From: Nitrososphaerales archaeon
Lineage (GTDB): Archaea > Thermoproteota > Nitrososphaeria > Nitrososphaerales > UBA213
Assembly (NCBI GenBank): GCA_965197925.1
Contig: CBDAOC010000020.1
Span: 256,001-320,000 of the forward strand
Direction of reading: 5' to 3'
Length of the DNA stretch: 64,000 nucleotides
Shown: piece after piece, positions 45,246-57,626 of the stretch
How the letters are laid out: each line of letters opens with the position of its first letter
Numbering within the stretch: position 1 is the stretch's first letter
Made by a program: the position numbers and the translations under genes
Notes under the pieces: generated by a model
What the model saw: only the letters and a program-made list of their open reading frames with translations
What the model was told of the DNA's origin: nothing
Databases searched by the model: none

Positions 45246-46565
45246 ATGACCATATATCATAAGAAAGTTGTGGAAAAGTATGATCTTGCAATAATTGGTG
45301 GAGGAATTCTCGGAACCTCCATTTCATACTGGCTATCGGTACTCTATGATCTCAAGATTTGTGTAATCGATAAAGAAAAAGCCGTTGCAATGCATACAAG
45401 TAGTAGGAACACAGGAGTCGTTCATTCTCCTTTTTACCTTGACCCAAGAGAAAGGAAAATTTCCGCAACTTCCTCCTTAATTTCTCATGACCTTTGGGAA
45501 GTTTTAGCCAAGAGAGAAGAAATCCCATGGATACCTGTCGGAACCATTGAAGTTGCTATTGATGAGAAACAGCACAAAACCCTTGAAAAATATCTCAAAT
45601 GGGGAATTGATAATGGGATTCCAGAGGAGCAACTTGAATTGTGTGGCTCGTCTGATATATTGAAGAAGGAACCAAACCTACATTGTTATTCTGGCCTTTA
45701 TTGTAGCCGCGATGTTTCAACAGATTACGGGATTTTTACAACTGAACTTAAAAATGAATCAGAACAAAATGGGATGAAGTTTTTATTCAATCATAAAGTA
45801 GAAAAAGTGAAAGTAAATTCAGATGTAACTCTCACTTTCTCAGATAACTCTTCCCTTCTGGCAAAATTTGTGATTAACTGCGCAGGAGGTAGTTCCTTAG
45901 ATATAGCCAAGAAATTTGGATTAGCAGAACAGTATGAGGCTCTTCATTTTCGGGGGGAATACTGGATTGCAGGAAGGCAATTTGCAGATCTGGTCAAGAC
46001 AAATATTTACTCGGTAGCTAGATTTCAGGAATTTCCTTTTTTGGACCCGCACTGGATCAAGCGTGTAAATGGTCAAACGGAAATTGGACCTAATGCAGTG
46101 CCCGTTGCCAGCGCTGAAACGTATGAAGGTTATGCAGATGAATTATCCAGCGCTGTCTCTAAACTTCGAGAAATATTCAAAGGAAATATAAGAAGACTTC
46201 TCACAAATCCAGATTTCCTCAGATTGATTTCGAGGGAGTTCTTAAGCTCCGTTTCGAAATCTGCAATGGTACATAGGGTACAACAATTTATTCCATCCAT
46301 AAAGCCTGAATATTTTATAGAACATGGAACGGCAGGAATCAGAACTCCAATAATCACTCCGGAAGGAACATTCCTACCTCAGATATTGGAATTAACTGGT
46401 AGTAACTCTTTTCATATTATAAATTACAACTCCCCAGGAGCAACAGGGGCTCCTGCATATGCCGCATTCGTTGTTAAACAATTACAGGATAGTGGATTTC
46501 TCGATTATTCACAGAGTCGAAGAGATTCAATCTGGAGCTTTGATCATGTTGTAGACCAATTCTGA
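45246..46565 (+). CDS. FAD-dependent oxidoreductase, L-2-hydroxyglutarate oxidase-like
   Basis: GGGILG, HTSSRNTGVVH, FRGEY, PFLDPH, GPNAV and SPGAT motifs. Confidence 0.85.
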   Translation: MTIYHKKVVEKYDLAIIGGGILGTSISYWLSVLYDLKICVIDKEKAVAMHTSSRNTGVVHSPFYLDPRERKISATSSLISHDLWEVLAKREEIPWIPVGTIEVAIDEKQHKTLEKYLKWGIDNGIPEEQLELCGSSDILKKEPNLHCYSGLYCSRDVSTDYGIFTTELKNESEQNGMKFLFNHKVEKVKVNSDVTLTFSDNSSLLAKFVINCAGGSSLDIAKKFGLAEQYEALHFRGEYWIAGRQFADLVKTNIYSVARFQEFPFLDPHWIKRVNGQTEIGPNAVPVASAETYEGYADELSSAVSKLREIFKGNIRRLLTNPDFLRLISREFLSSVSKSAMVHRVQQFIPSIKPEYFIEHGTAGIRTPIITPEGTFLPQILELTGSNSFHIINYNSPGATGAPAYAAFVVKQLQDSGFLDYSQSRRDSIWSFDHVVDQF

Positions 46566-47386
46566 CTTTGATCATACTCGGTAAGATTATCGCCTAGTAA
46601 AGCCAAACAAATATCCCATGGACTAATCACTTGATTCTCATAAATCACATAAGGATGGTGCATTTCAAACAACAATTTGGATACCTCAGGAATAGTCAAA
46701 TCCTCAGAAACTACCTTCGCATCTCCGAGTTTGAATGTATCTGCCGTGATATCCAGAAAATTATCAATGTCCTGTAGATAATTTAGATCCTCAACAATTT
46801 TTTCTATAATTATCCTATCATTGATATATTGAGATGAATTTTCAAGAAGTAACCTTCGTGTTTTGTTTTCGAGCATTGCATTTATGATGTTCCTTACAGT
46901 ATCCTCCTTCTTGAAGGTAACAACTTTCTTCTTAGGCAAGGTGGATATTGATAAATTCGTTTTGCAGTGCGACCCTATTTCAAGTATCTTTCTAGTAGAT
47001 ACTGCTGAATAGTCCTGTAATTCGTTAGCTATAATAGCAAAAGCCCTTCCTGTTAGTTTCCATTGATGAACCAATGCCTTTAGTTCAGTTTCTTTGGTGA
47101 TTATGATAATAGTCCTGTCCAACACATCTTCCACATTTGTGTTAAAAAAATCTGACGAAGGATTCTTAACGAGTCTATCTATGATGTCTATTCCACCAAC
47201 CAAACCAATGGGATCATAACCATCCCTTATTACCACTGAATCGGTGAACGATTCTAGATATTGTACCAACATTCCTGTGATGACCCATACTTGAGCACTT
47301 TTTGGGATACTAACACAAAATGAAGATGTTAATGAATCAGGTAACAGGTCTTGAAGTGAATGTTCAGAAATAGGTAGATCTCCCAT
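46544..47386 (-). CDS. divergent CBS-domain protein
   Basis: Degenerate CBS repeats (PIGLVGGIDII, TRRLLL, ISPWDI). Confidence 0.6.
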   Translation of the reverse strand: MGDLPISEHSLQDLLPDSLTSSFCVSIPKSAQVWVITGMLVQYLESFTDSVVIRDGYDPIGLVGGIDIIDRLVKNPSSDFFNTNVEDVLDRTIIIITKETELKALVHQWKLTGRAFAIIANELQDYSAVSTRKILEIGSHCKTNLSISTLPKKKVVTFKKEDTVRNIINAMLENKTRRLLLENSSQYINDRIIIEKIVEDLNYLQDIDNFLDITADTFKLGDAKVVSEDLTIPEVSKLLFEMHHPYVIYENQVISPWDICLALLGDNLTEYDQSQNWSTT

Positions 47387-47461
47387 CGTCCATCACAATT
47401 TAATTGAAGGCCTTTACCGGTTAAATTGCTTTCACTCCTATAGATCGATTAAACTCAATTT

Positions 47462-49164
47462 TCAGGAAGGGGAGCAATTATCCCCGGATTCAATGTCTTG
47501 CGCAACACTACTTCTAGTTCTATCTATTATCCAGGAGGCTTCTGCTCGTAACTGCTTCGAAGAAAGCTTCCTACGGGCAAGGCGTTGTTTCTGTGCTTCC
47601 AAACCAACTGCAGCCGCCAATCTTATCACAACATCCTTTCTTGCCGAAGGTAAAATATAATCTTCTGTCAATCCATCCTCCTCTGCTATATCTGAAAGTT
47701 CTTGGGAAGCGGTGATTAGGATCTTATCTGTGATCTTCCTTGATCTAACATCCAAAATTCCCCTAAATATTCCTGGAAAAGCAAGCAAATTACTTATTTG
47801 ATTGTCAAAATCCGATCTCCCTGTCGCAACAACATTTGCACCAGCTTCTCTTGCTTCCCATGGCCATATTTCTGGCACGGGATTTGCGCATGCAATCACT
47901 ATGGGATCTGAGGACATCGATTGTATCCAATCCTTTTTTACTATACATGGTCCCGGTACAGAAAATCCAATCATAATATCAGCATCTTTCAGTGCTTCCC
48001 TGTTATTGCCAGTTCGTTCATGAACATTTGTTATTCTTGCAATCTCAAATTTTTCAGGACTGTTGGTAATATCTTTTCTACCCTGATAGATTATACCTTT
48101 GCTGTCCGTCATAATCATATTTTTGGATCTATATCCAGTCTTTATCAGAAGATTCGCAAGTGCGATGTTTACTGCACCAGCTCCAATTAGTGTTATATTG
48201 ACTTGAGATCTCTTTTTACCAACAACCTTTTGGGCATTCATAATAGCCGCCAAAGCTACTACCGCCGTTCCCTGCTGATCATCATGCCAGACTGGTATAT
48301 CGAGAATTTTTCTAAGCTCTCTCAGAACTCGGAAACATTTCGGTGCCTGTATATCCTCTAGATTTATTCCCCCAAAAGAGGATTCGATCCCTTGGTTATC
48401 TTTATGAGATCATCCTCCTTATTGGACTCGATACAAATTGGAAAGGCATCAATACCACCTAGATACTTGAAGAGTGTTGCCTTTCCCTCCATCACAGGCA
48501 AGGCAGCGAGTGGACCTATATTACCAAGACCAAGCACCCTACTGCCATCGGTAACTATCGCAACGTTATTCCACTTGTTTGTATAATCGTAAACCAAACT
48601 TGGCCTTTTCTTTATTGCCTTTGCAGGTTCGGCTACACCCGGTGATGTCCATATTTGAAAATCTGATAGGGATCTTATGGGAATCTTTATTGAGATTTCT
48701 ATCTTGCCTCTGTAACGCGGGTGTAATTTGAGCGAGGCTTGTGTGGGTTTGATTGCTCTAGATAACAGTTCATCCAGCTCTTCCCTTATTGTAAATTCCT
48801 GTGATAATAGTCCTACAAGCTGTCCGCGTGTATCGACTACACCTAACCTCCTACATTTGTTTTCTGCCATCATGGTTAAAGCATCTTTTACCTTTGCCTT
48901 TTCATTGATAGTGATTATGGGAATGGACATAACAAACTTCAACTTGGTGACCTTAGGATCTAGGCCTTGACCCAGAACCTTGCTCAGCATATCTCTCTCG
49001 GTAACTATTCCCACCGGCTCACCTTTTCGGGTAACAATCAAGCTGCCGAGTTTATATTTGGACATGAGCTTAGAAGCATTAAGGATATTATCATTCTCAT
49101 CTAAAAAATCCAATTCCCGCTTTATGTAATTTGATACGGGGGCTTCCAAATTAAGACGAACCAA
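47462..49164 (-). pseudogene. CBS-pair fused NAD(P)-dependent malic enzyme with one frameshift near 48390
   Basis: CBS pair, then SPGVAEP, VTDGSRVLGLG and PVMEGK; the shifted frame reads FGGINLEDIQAPKCF..WHDDQQGT and continues into GAGA, ANPVPEI and ATGRSD. Confidence 0.85.
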
Positions 49165-49613
49165 TTGATTATGATTCTACCGAACCCGTGTAATATCTTT
49201 ACCGGTATCATTAGATGCTAAACCTCCGATCACTTGCTTAGGAGTAAAATTTTCAAAAACATCAACCAATAATAAAATCAAAATATTAGTATTGAATTAT
49301 ACCCATGTCCCAATTAGTTGAGTATGGACCTAATTAAATTATTTTTACCATGTCGCATACACTGATTAGATAAAAGACTTTGTTTAGACACTGTTATTTC
49401 TGACTATTATGAACGGGATAACATGTTATTTTACCAGAAAAACTATGTACTGTGCTCTGGTAGATGCGAGTGATGATATGGGAAAGGCCATCTTATAATT
49501 TCGTAATGAGGATGGCTGGTGCCACGATGCCTGCTTTGAAAAAATGTTCAAATTCAGAAAACAACAAATTTTAATTAAAATACTAAATCCTAGATTATGA
49601 AAGAACTTACAAA

Positions 49614-50165
49614 ATGGATTTGACAAAGTTAAGCCGACTCACATCTCATGCACTACGCCATGAACCATGGATCTACGAACTAGAAATAGATAATGAAGGT
49701 TGGGTCTATATTGAAGATCTTATTCATGCTATACGCCTCAGAAGCAAGGAATGGCAGAATCTTAATGAAAGTGATTTGCAACAGATGATCTCCGCCTCTG
49801 ACAAACGTCGATTCGAAATAAGTAATGGGAAGATGCGTGCTCTATATGGACATTCACTTCGTGGTAAGCTACTCAAGATTACTTCAGAACCACCATCAAT
49901 TCTATTTCATGGTACATCCTCGATAGTGGTTGATGATATAAAACATCAAGGACTTAAGCCCATGAGCCGTCAATACGTACATCTTTCAATTGACAAAATT
50001 ACAGCACTCCAGGTAGCCAAACGCAAACCGAACTATCCTAAAATAATCGAGATTTGTGCATCAGAAGCCCATCAAAAAGGGATAAAGTTCTATGTTGGAA
50101 ATGAAAAAGTTTGGCTGACTGATTATCTACCACCAGAATTCATCAAAGTCTGTGTTGATCCATGA
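49614..50165 (+). CDS. kptA: RNA 2'-phosphotransferase (Tpt1/KptA)
   Basis: LRH, KRRF, RALYGHS, LFHGT and RQYVHLS motifs. Confidence 0.92.
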   Translation: MDLTKLSRLTSHALRHEPWIYELEIDNEGWVYIEDLIHAIRLRSKEWQNLNESDLQQMISASDKRRFEISNGKMRALYGHSLRGKLLKITSEPPSILFHGTSSIVVDDIKHQGLKPMSRQYVHLSIDKITALQVAKRKPNYPKIIEICASEAHQKGIKFYVGNEKVWLTDYLPPEFIKVCVDP

Positions 50166-50285
50166 CTTTGTAGAAACCATACTATAAAGACAGTCATTCT
50201 GTGCAAATTGTAAGCAATTCTCCTTAATGTTAATTTCCTGTTCTGCATCTTAAGAAGGCTTTATGTAGCATGTTCACCAACAAGA
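50164..50285 (-). mobile_element. ISe right-end remnant
   Basis: GTAGAAACC terminal motif; similar to 53034-53150 and 57180-57300. Confidence 0.55.
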
Positions 50286-50309
50286 ACATATGTCTCCAAA
50301 AACTTTCTC

Positions 50310-51437
50310 TTAGGCACTAGGACATACTCTTCTTAACCATTCGATATAGTAGTCAAATGCAGGACTCCTTTGTAATTGGCTTTTACTATCCATCTTGATC
50401 AATCCAAAATAGCTTTCTTGCTGAGGGTTAGCGGGTCTGTGGGGGTGAGATATTAAAACCCAAGGGAAGGTTCCAATAGAAGAAGACTTTTCAATAGACC
50501 CCAATGAATTCTCTAAGAACTGGAGCTGCATCTCAGATGCAGATGGTCTTCGCTGTATGGTAAAAATTAACTTTTCAAAGAATGTTCTATATGTAGTATA
50601 TCCGAACTCTGCGTTAAAGATCGGTTTACCTGTCAGCTTCTCCGCTTCCATTACTTTTGTACCTGTTTCATGACCGTATATTGGATATTTCGTAATCCAG
50701 TTCGCATAGTTGTCCACTCCAATGTAGTTAACATCCAAATTATCCTTAAGATACTTCAACTCTACCTGCCAGTCTATTACATCATCAGTTACATCATCTA
50801 ACAAGAGTGAATAACTCTTAAGGATTGACGAGTACCTATCGAGATTATACCAAAAATTGCTAAAGAATACTCTCAAATCTTCTGCTACTATATTCGTCAT
50901 AGTCTTAGCATCAGAATCAGCATCAAATGCCCCTTTTAGAATATTGTTCAACCTTTTGTACTTCAACTTCATGTCTAATGCCAGTTTCACCCACGTTTCA
51001 AACCCAGCTCTCCACTCGATACCTGGGATAGATTGTGTAATCCAAGCCTTGGAATCGATTTCATTTTCTATACCAAATATTAACTGTCTGCCATGCTTTC
51101 GAACCACTTCAGAAATTTTCTTACTTGCCGTCAATGACTCGTGGTATGAATTTTCGATAAATCTATCGAGTTCGCTGAAAGGGATGGTTCCTATGTTAGC
51201 CTTGTACCCAACTTCTATTGGAGCTACGATGTTATATCCCTCCTTGCACAAATAGTCTATTCCATCTAGAAGGGTTAGACCTGTTGGTCCCTCTTCATCA
51301 AGTGACCTGTTTCGCAATAAATGAACACGGATCCACCTTACCGGAGTTGGCTTTAAGATTTCAGTAACGGTTTTGGGGAATTCACGTACATCGTCACCCT
51401 CTACATTTATCCCTGCCATGAAATCTGAAGAATTCAA
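50310..51437 (-). CDS. putative TIM-barrel glycoside hydrolase (clan GH-A-like)
   Basis: ENEID acid/base-like motif, KPIFNAEFGY nucleophile-like motif and ESYFGL. Confidence 0.6.
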   Translation of the reverse strand: MNSSDFMAGINVEGDDVREFPKTVTEILKPTPVRWIRVHLLRNRSLDEEGPTGLTLLDGIDYLCKEGYNIVAPIEVGYKANIGTIPFSELDRFIENSYHESLTASKKISEVVRKHGRQLIFGIENEIDSKAWITQSIPGIEWRAGFETWVKLALDMKLKYKRLNNILKGAFDADSDAKTMTNIVAEDLRVFFSNFWYNLDRYSSILKSYSLLLDDVTDDVIDWQVELKYLKDNLDVNYIGVDNYANWITKYPIYGHETGTKVMEAEKLTGKPIFNAEFGYTTYRTFFEKLIFTIQRRPSASEMQLQFLENSLGSIEKSSSIGTFPWVLISHPHRPANPQQESYFGLIKMDSKSQLQRSPAFDYYIEWLRRVCPSA

Positions 51438-51565
51438 CTTAATTCTATCCTGTGTACCTATTTATCTTTGTCCTAATTTCCAATTATATCCTAAGCTGTA
51501 AGTGTAGCTAATCCCATCACTGCCAATTATGGTTTTACAATCGTCATTATCTTCACACCGTGTCA

Positions 51566-52942
51566 CTATGGGACATCTCCCACCTTTCTTATGTAATAGT
51601 ATATGCATGGCCTTGTACCCTGTGGAGTATGCTCCATATGAACAAGGCCTAAAGACCTCTCCCCTATGACATCCAAGATTTCTGCGCCTGAGCAGTACTT
51701 ACCCAGCATAAGGTCATCAACAATCATACGTATCTCGTCATGGAAGTTAGTAAAGTCAAACATCAGCATCTGTTCTTGAGTGAGCTCGACCTTCGTGTCA
51801 CCCTTCAAAATATTCATGAAATTCCATCGACATTTTACCTTTCCAGAGCTATCCATGTCATACCAGAATCTGAATAGAGGAGGAGCAAGGCTAGCGTTCG
51901 AGACCATCCTTCATTCCCATTCACCCCCGCACCTTTTCAATATCAGGAACCTTACCATTATTCGTGAAGATTTCATTGTGATCCTGTGGGCTCATGAAGT
52001 CAAATCCATATCTGCGGGCCATTGTGAAATTGAGGATGAGCGTTCCATGCGGATATATTCCCGTGAATGCTTTACCAACTATCAAGTCCTCGCTAACTAC
52101 CTTCAGGATATCGTAGAATACTGCAAACTGGGGTTCTTCGTATTCTAGTAATATACCTTTACTGGGGTCATCTGGGTCAATCAGCTTTAGCTTATTCTTG
52201 GCCTTGATGCTATCATCGAAGGTACTTGTGGTACCTTTTATGGTATCACCTTCTAACCTGAAGGTCTTGTTGAACCTGTTCTGGAATATCCAAGGAGGGA
52301 AGGGTGAATCTGGTGGAAAGAAGCCCTTCCAATACCCGTCATTGAAGACAGTCCTGCTCTGGATGTCTATTCTTCTATCGCCTGAGTTGACCAATTTCTG
52401 AATAGGGAGACTAGGCTTCTCGAATAAACTACCGAGCATCCTTGATGGACAGTACATTGGCTCATCAGGAGAGCATTTGCTCTCAGCTATCGATGCAAGC
52501 TGATTGAACAAGTCTATCCAAAATGTCGTAAGAATCCTATCCATTCCGATAAAGGGGCTAAGGAGTCTGAAGAATATGTCCTAGGAGACACGTCAGCATC
52601 CACATGAGCGAGAGTTCCTTCAGGGACAGACTTGAGTGTCAAGGAAATACCACCAACAAAATCTCCTTGAATAATCTCCTCATCAAGTCTTTCATCCGGA
52701 TACAAAGTGTACCTGTCTCTATGTCTTGCCCTGAACAAACCAGCCTGTTCATGCTCGTCACATACAATGACATTCCCTTCCTTACTGACAATGGGGTGAG
52801 AAATAACACGATTCTTGGCATTTGAGGGAGCCCAGTTCGGCCAGTTTTCGATATCGGCTAACAGAGCCCATACTCGGGGTTTCGGAGCTTTGATAATCCT
52901 AGAAGATGAAACTTTTACCATATGATTTTCATATACCGACAT
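51566..52942 (-). pseudogene. SRPBCC/START-domain fusion protein broken by two frameshifts
   Basis: IKAPKPRVWALLADIENWPNW; three abutting or overlapping ORFs in different frames; the second begins with the SRPBCC C-terminal helix. Confidence 0.6.
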
Positions 52943-53018
52943 TTAATAAATATTCTTGATAGATGAATGATGAAAGATTCGCAAGACAATCATTCGGTTG
53001 CCTTGTTATTGTATATCA

Positions 53019-53150
53019 ACCTCTGTAGAAACCGGTTCAGTAGAAACCATACTATTTAGACCTTCATTCTGTTCATATTGTAAGGAATTATCCCAAGTTA
53101 ATTCCTTGTTCTGCATCTTAACAAGTCTTGATTACATGTTTTCCAAACAT
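53019..53150 (-). mobile_element. ISe right-end remnant with a tandemly doubled terminal motif
   Basis: CTCTGTAGAAACC followed by GGTTCAGTAGAAACC. Confidence 0.55.
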
Positions 53151-53699
53151 TCTCTTTCACTGATAGCATACTTTCTTTCTTGGCTTTATGAAAGATTTCT
53201 TCGTATAGATATGAAGTTGACTGGTCCAATATTCGACATGGTCTACCGACCTTTACTACTGCTTTACACGTAAGCATGAAGGGTGCTTGGGGAAGCGGTT
53301 ATTCATCGCAAGATAGGGGCTTGTTGAGGAATGGAAAGGGTAGGAGGATGTTTTATAATAATATGACAGGAGTGATGACATGGAAGGTAGGGGATTGTAT
53401 CCGTTAGAAGAGGTCAGGAAGTTCTCCAGTGGTTTGAATAGATTCCGCAAGCTTAATGACAGATATCGGTCAATCTGCGATGATAATGCTAAATAAAAGG
53501 AGGAATATTAGAAATTTGTTGGGTACATTGTCTCTCTCCTACAGTTAGAGGAAAAATTGTTGTGTTCTTATCCATGGGACTTGTTTTTGGATTGTATAAT
53601 ATGGCTGCTAGCAGTTATGCTCAAGAAAATAACAGTACAATTAACGAAGATGAGAAATCTTCTCAGGATACAGTTAATCTTATAATTTCACAACTAATT

Positions 53700-54794
53700 G
53701 AGGCATGGGCATTATTCCATATAACAAAAATAACTTGATGCCTCTGATTGATTAACTTCCCAACATGTGCTTCAATGCCCTTAATGGTCTTCCTGTTAGA
53801 TGATTGTAGTACACCATTACCTGATACAATAATACAGATAACAACACTATACTCATTACCTTATCGAACCCTCTAACTGGCAATGGATCTATGGTAAATA
53901 CATCCTTCATATGCTCTATCAATGGCTCAACGCTTATGCTCCTCCGAGAATATACATGCTGCCCATATTCAGAGTTATAGAACTGCAGCAATGCCAGTCT
54001 ATTATTATCTGTAGTATGCTTTACCTTTCCAATGAGAATACCAGTAGATGCCTTCTATACCTGCTGAAATCACATAACTTGTGATCATCATATCCTTCAT
54101 CTCCTACAACATACCTTACCATTCCTGTAGGCAATGAAGATGTTATGCTTTCATACATCTTGTTATCAGTAATGTTAGCTGTTGTGAAATCAGCTGATAA
54201 TGGAACTATCAACGAACCTGTGCTACATGCTAGATGCATCTTGTATCCGAATACCCATCCCTTGGTTCTGCTGAATCCCCATCGAGCATCTGTATCTATA
54301 CCAGAGCGTGGCACTTCATTCTTCTTCATGTTTGATCTATGCCATACATGTCCCTTTGCTTTCAACAATGAACTGTCAACGGATATTATGGCTGGGTCTA
54401 CCAACCCATCTTTTATGAAGAGCATACCCATAACATCTATCCTTGATCTTATGTCAATTGATATGGCCTTGAACCTTCTGTCGAATGTTCTTCTGTCTGG
54501 CAACCTATTAAGACCACATGCCTTCATTACCTTCCTGTTGTATGGCATGTCTATCGAATAGTATTCATGCAAAGCATTGTTGCTTGGTATTCTTACCCAT
54601 ACTCTAACGATGAAGCATCTACCATAACTGTAGGAGAATAGTAGAATGGTCTACCTCTTTTCCTATTAGGTTTTGACTAGAATCACGTCAATCAAAAATA
54701 ATATACGAAGGAGTATCGAGTCTGAGCTAAACATATCAACAATAAAAACTAGAACCTGATCTTATCGTTTCGAACTAAATTACGCCCAAGCCTC
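53700..54794 (-). mobile_element. DDE (IS4/IS5-superfamily) element 'ISd' with a frameshifted transposase
   Basis: TIR GAGGC(A/T)TGGGC; AATT duplicated at 53696-99 and 54795-98; VDSS, DTDARWG..GWVFGYKMH, GDEGYD and SVEPL motifs. Confidence 0.88.
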
Positions 54795-54919
54795 AATTAA
54801 TTACACAAGTAGCCCCTATTACTGTTGCAATTCTTGGTATTGGATTTCAGTATCTAAGAAAACATGGAATACAAGTCAGTGCTGAAGCAGAACAATATTT
54901 TACAAAATCCATAAGTTCA

Positions 54920-55483
54920 TTGGTAGGAAATCAAAGTAAATGGATATACGAACAAATTAGAGATAATAAAGCACATTGGGTCAAAAAGGATCTAGATACA
55001 TTTAAAATAACTGAAGAGAGGTCCTTTCCAAAAGGTTTAGGAAAACAAGCAAAGGACAACGTCTTCAAACAATTAACTGAAACGTTAACCTCCGAGCAGT
55101 TCAGAAAACATACAAAAGAAACACTGGGGAAAAATTTGGGAGATTTGATAGAAGCGGCAGTAACAAAAAATAACCAGGAGTTAACAGAGAAGGGTCGTAA
55201 TTTGATACGTGAACTGACACCACTGGCAATAGATTCATTATTGTTACTTACAGATAAAGATGAGGTAAAAAAAGAGGAAGGAAAAAAGAAAATAATCGAA
55301 GATGCAATGGAATCAATAAAAAAGAATTTTGATTTTGAGGAAATTATGTTTGATAGAAATTTTGCAGAGATGTCTATAAAAGCGGAACTTCATAAAAACA
55401 TTGAGTGTACCTTAATTGTACATCAACTTACTCCTAGTTGTATCCGCCTAATGTTTATTGAGCCTGAAATTCATCAAATTTAA
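54920..55483 (+). CDS. hypothetical protein
   Basis: 187-aa charged, helical ORF. Confidence 0.45.
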   Translation: MVGNQSKWIYEQIRDNKAHWVKKDLDTFKITEERSFPKGLGKQAKDNVFKQLTETLTSEQFRKHTKETLGKNLGDLIEAAVTKNNQELTEKGRNLIRELTPLAIDSLLLLTDKDEVKKEEGKKKIIEDAMESIKKNFDFEEIMFDRNFAEMSIKAELHKNIECTLIVHQLTPSCIRLMFIEPEIHQI

Positions 55484-55764
55484 GACGTGTAGAAGAGATC
55501 TCAGATTTGCCCACGAATTTCACCTGTAGGGTTTCCAACAGTGTGAATGTTAACAAAGTATTTCCTGAGCTCGTCTCAGCAATGAGTTTGGATAAAGTCA
55601 TCCATGTTCGTTGGACATCGAGAATATTCTAACATAATTGGAACCGCTATCTTTCATATGTTCAACCCCATTCAAATAATTAGTTTGGTATCTTAGAGTC
55701 TCCCTTCTTGCGATTGAAACAAGAATATTTATACAACATGTCGAACTAGGTCTAGTTTTTAGAA

Positions 55765-56833
55765 TTAATCATCATCCATTTCATTTAACAAATCTATACC
55801 TAATTTGTGAACAAGTTTCAATGCTCTATTGGTTAAAACAACTACACCAGATTTTTTTTCTGGATTCATAATCATACAACTAGAAAATCCTTCGGTACCG
55901 CCATCATGTCCTAGAATCTCAGTATTGCCAAGATTATATACATGCCATCCCAAACGGAATTTGGATACCGGTAATCCCAAAAAATATTTTGGAAAATATT
56001 TCGTGAATAAGGTAAGATTAGGTTCAACCCTTGTCATTTGACAGTATTAAGAAGGGAGACAATACTGAATCATTCAAAGCTAAATTTGCTTTTATGAATC
56101 TTAGTAAATCAGATACTGTAGAGCGAATACTACCTGCACTTTCAATGGCAGGTGCAACCCAATCTTCAGCTTTTTTTCCAATATAAGAATAACCCGTCGC
56201 CAGTCTATCTTTATGTGTGTCAAAAAGATTAATCCCTGTATCATTCATATCCAACACATCGCAAATACGATTTTTTATTAGTTCTTCAAATGTAGAATTT
56301 GTTACACGCTCAAATATTTTTGCAATTAAGCCAAAACTTATATTTGAATACATGAATGTTTCTCCAGGTGTTTTTTTTAATTTCATTTTTGACACATATT
56401 GAAGAAAATCTGTTGTATTGTAATGATATATTGGATTAGTCCGTATATTTCTACGAAATACAAATGAAAATAAAAATGGAAGTAACAATTTTAGTGGAGC
56501 ATCAGATATTCCTGAAGTATGGGTTGCAAGATGGAAAAGAGTGATGTTTCTTTTGTCAAATTCTGAATTTAGATACTCTGGTAGAAATTTTACCACCGGA
56601 TCATGTATTGACAAAAGACCTTCATTTTGTAATTGTGCTAACAGTATTGCTGTAAATGGTTTTGTCATAGAACCAATTTCAAACACTGTGTATTCAGTCG
56701 GTGTAATGCCTGAATTTTTTTCAATTTCCCCATAGTTGAAGGTTCTAATTCCATTTTTATCAATTAAACCAACAGCAATTCCAGGACTTTTTCCACTGTC
56801 AACATGATCTTTGATAATGTCTTCTACCTTCAA
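55765..56833 (-). pseudogene. beta-lactamase-family (class C-like) serine hydrolase, frameshifted near 56040
   Basis: FEIGSMTK (SxxK), LATHTSG and YSN motifs; GHDGGTEGF in the downstream ORF. Confidence 0.85.
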
Positions 56834-57418
56834 TTTTTAATGCTGTTTAAAATGTTTCAATTTTATTAATTTAAGTTTTTGCTATAGCTTCCTGCCAGTC
56901 TATAGCCAGTCTTTACCCATTAGCGAATTATTAAGAATTTTCTCATTCTTTTTTATTTGAATTCCATTACTTCTACTTCTCATATACCATAATCCAAGTG
57001 CAACTACCGGCACTATGGTAAGACTGAAAGGCGTTCCAAATTGATTGAGATTCTTATTCCCACTTATCATTACCTAATTCTTCATGATCCTCGAATTTAA
57101 TATCATTATTTTCTACATTTATCGGCATATTATCGACGTTATCTCTCTGGACATTGATTATAAACATATTATCAGAATCGGCTTCGTAGAAACCATTTCA
57201 TAAGTACAGTTAATCGATACATATTGTAGGCAATTACCCTAATATTTTTCTAGATTATCACCGAAAAGTGGTTTATGAGCATTGCCGATCATTTTAACAT
57301 GACATTGGTACTAGAAGGATCTATGATCGGATGCAGAGAATATACTATCATATCTGACTAGATAGTTGAGGCTTGGGCATAATTCAATAATAATATTTTG
57401 AAATTGGTTTTTTAAATA

Positions 57419-57444
57419 TGGACTGGGAGTGATTTGAACCCGCG
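57419..57444 (-). repeat. isolated tRNA 3'-end fragment (tRNA-Ala-like; possible att relic)
   Basis: Minus strand reads CGCGGGTTCAAATCACTCCCAGTCCA (T arm plus acceptor 3' strand); no 5' half. Confidence 0.5.
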
Positions 57445-57626
57445 GGGAATCGAACCGAATGGGGATACGACTCCAATAAGTGGCAGAAGCTATAGGGGTA
57501 GCTACAAGACCCCTTCCAATTTTTATTCTTGTCAGTCTTGTAATAACCAGCCCGTTGAACTGATTCTGTGTTCGGGTTATCACATAACATCAACATCATG
57601 GACCGTTTTTTGCTACATAACCTAGT

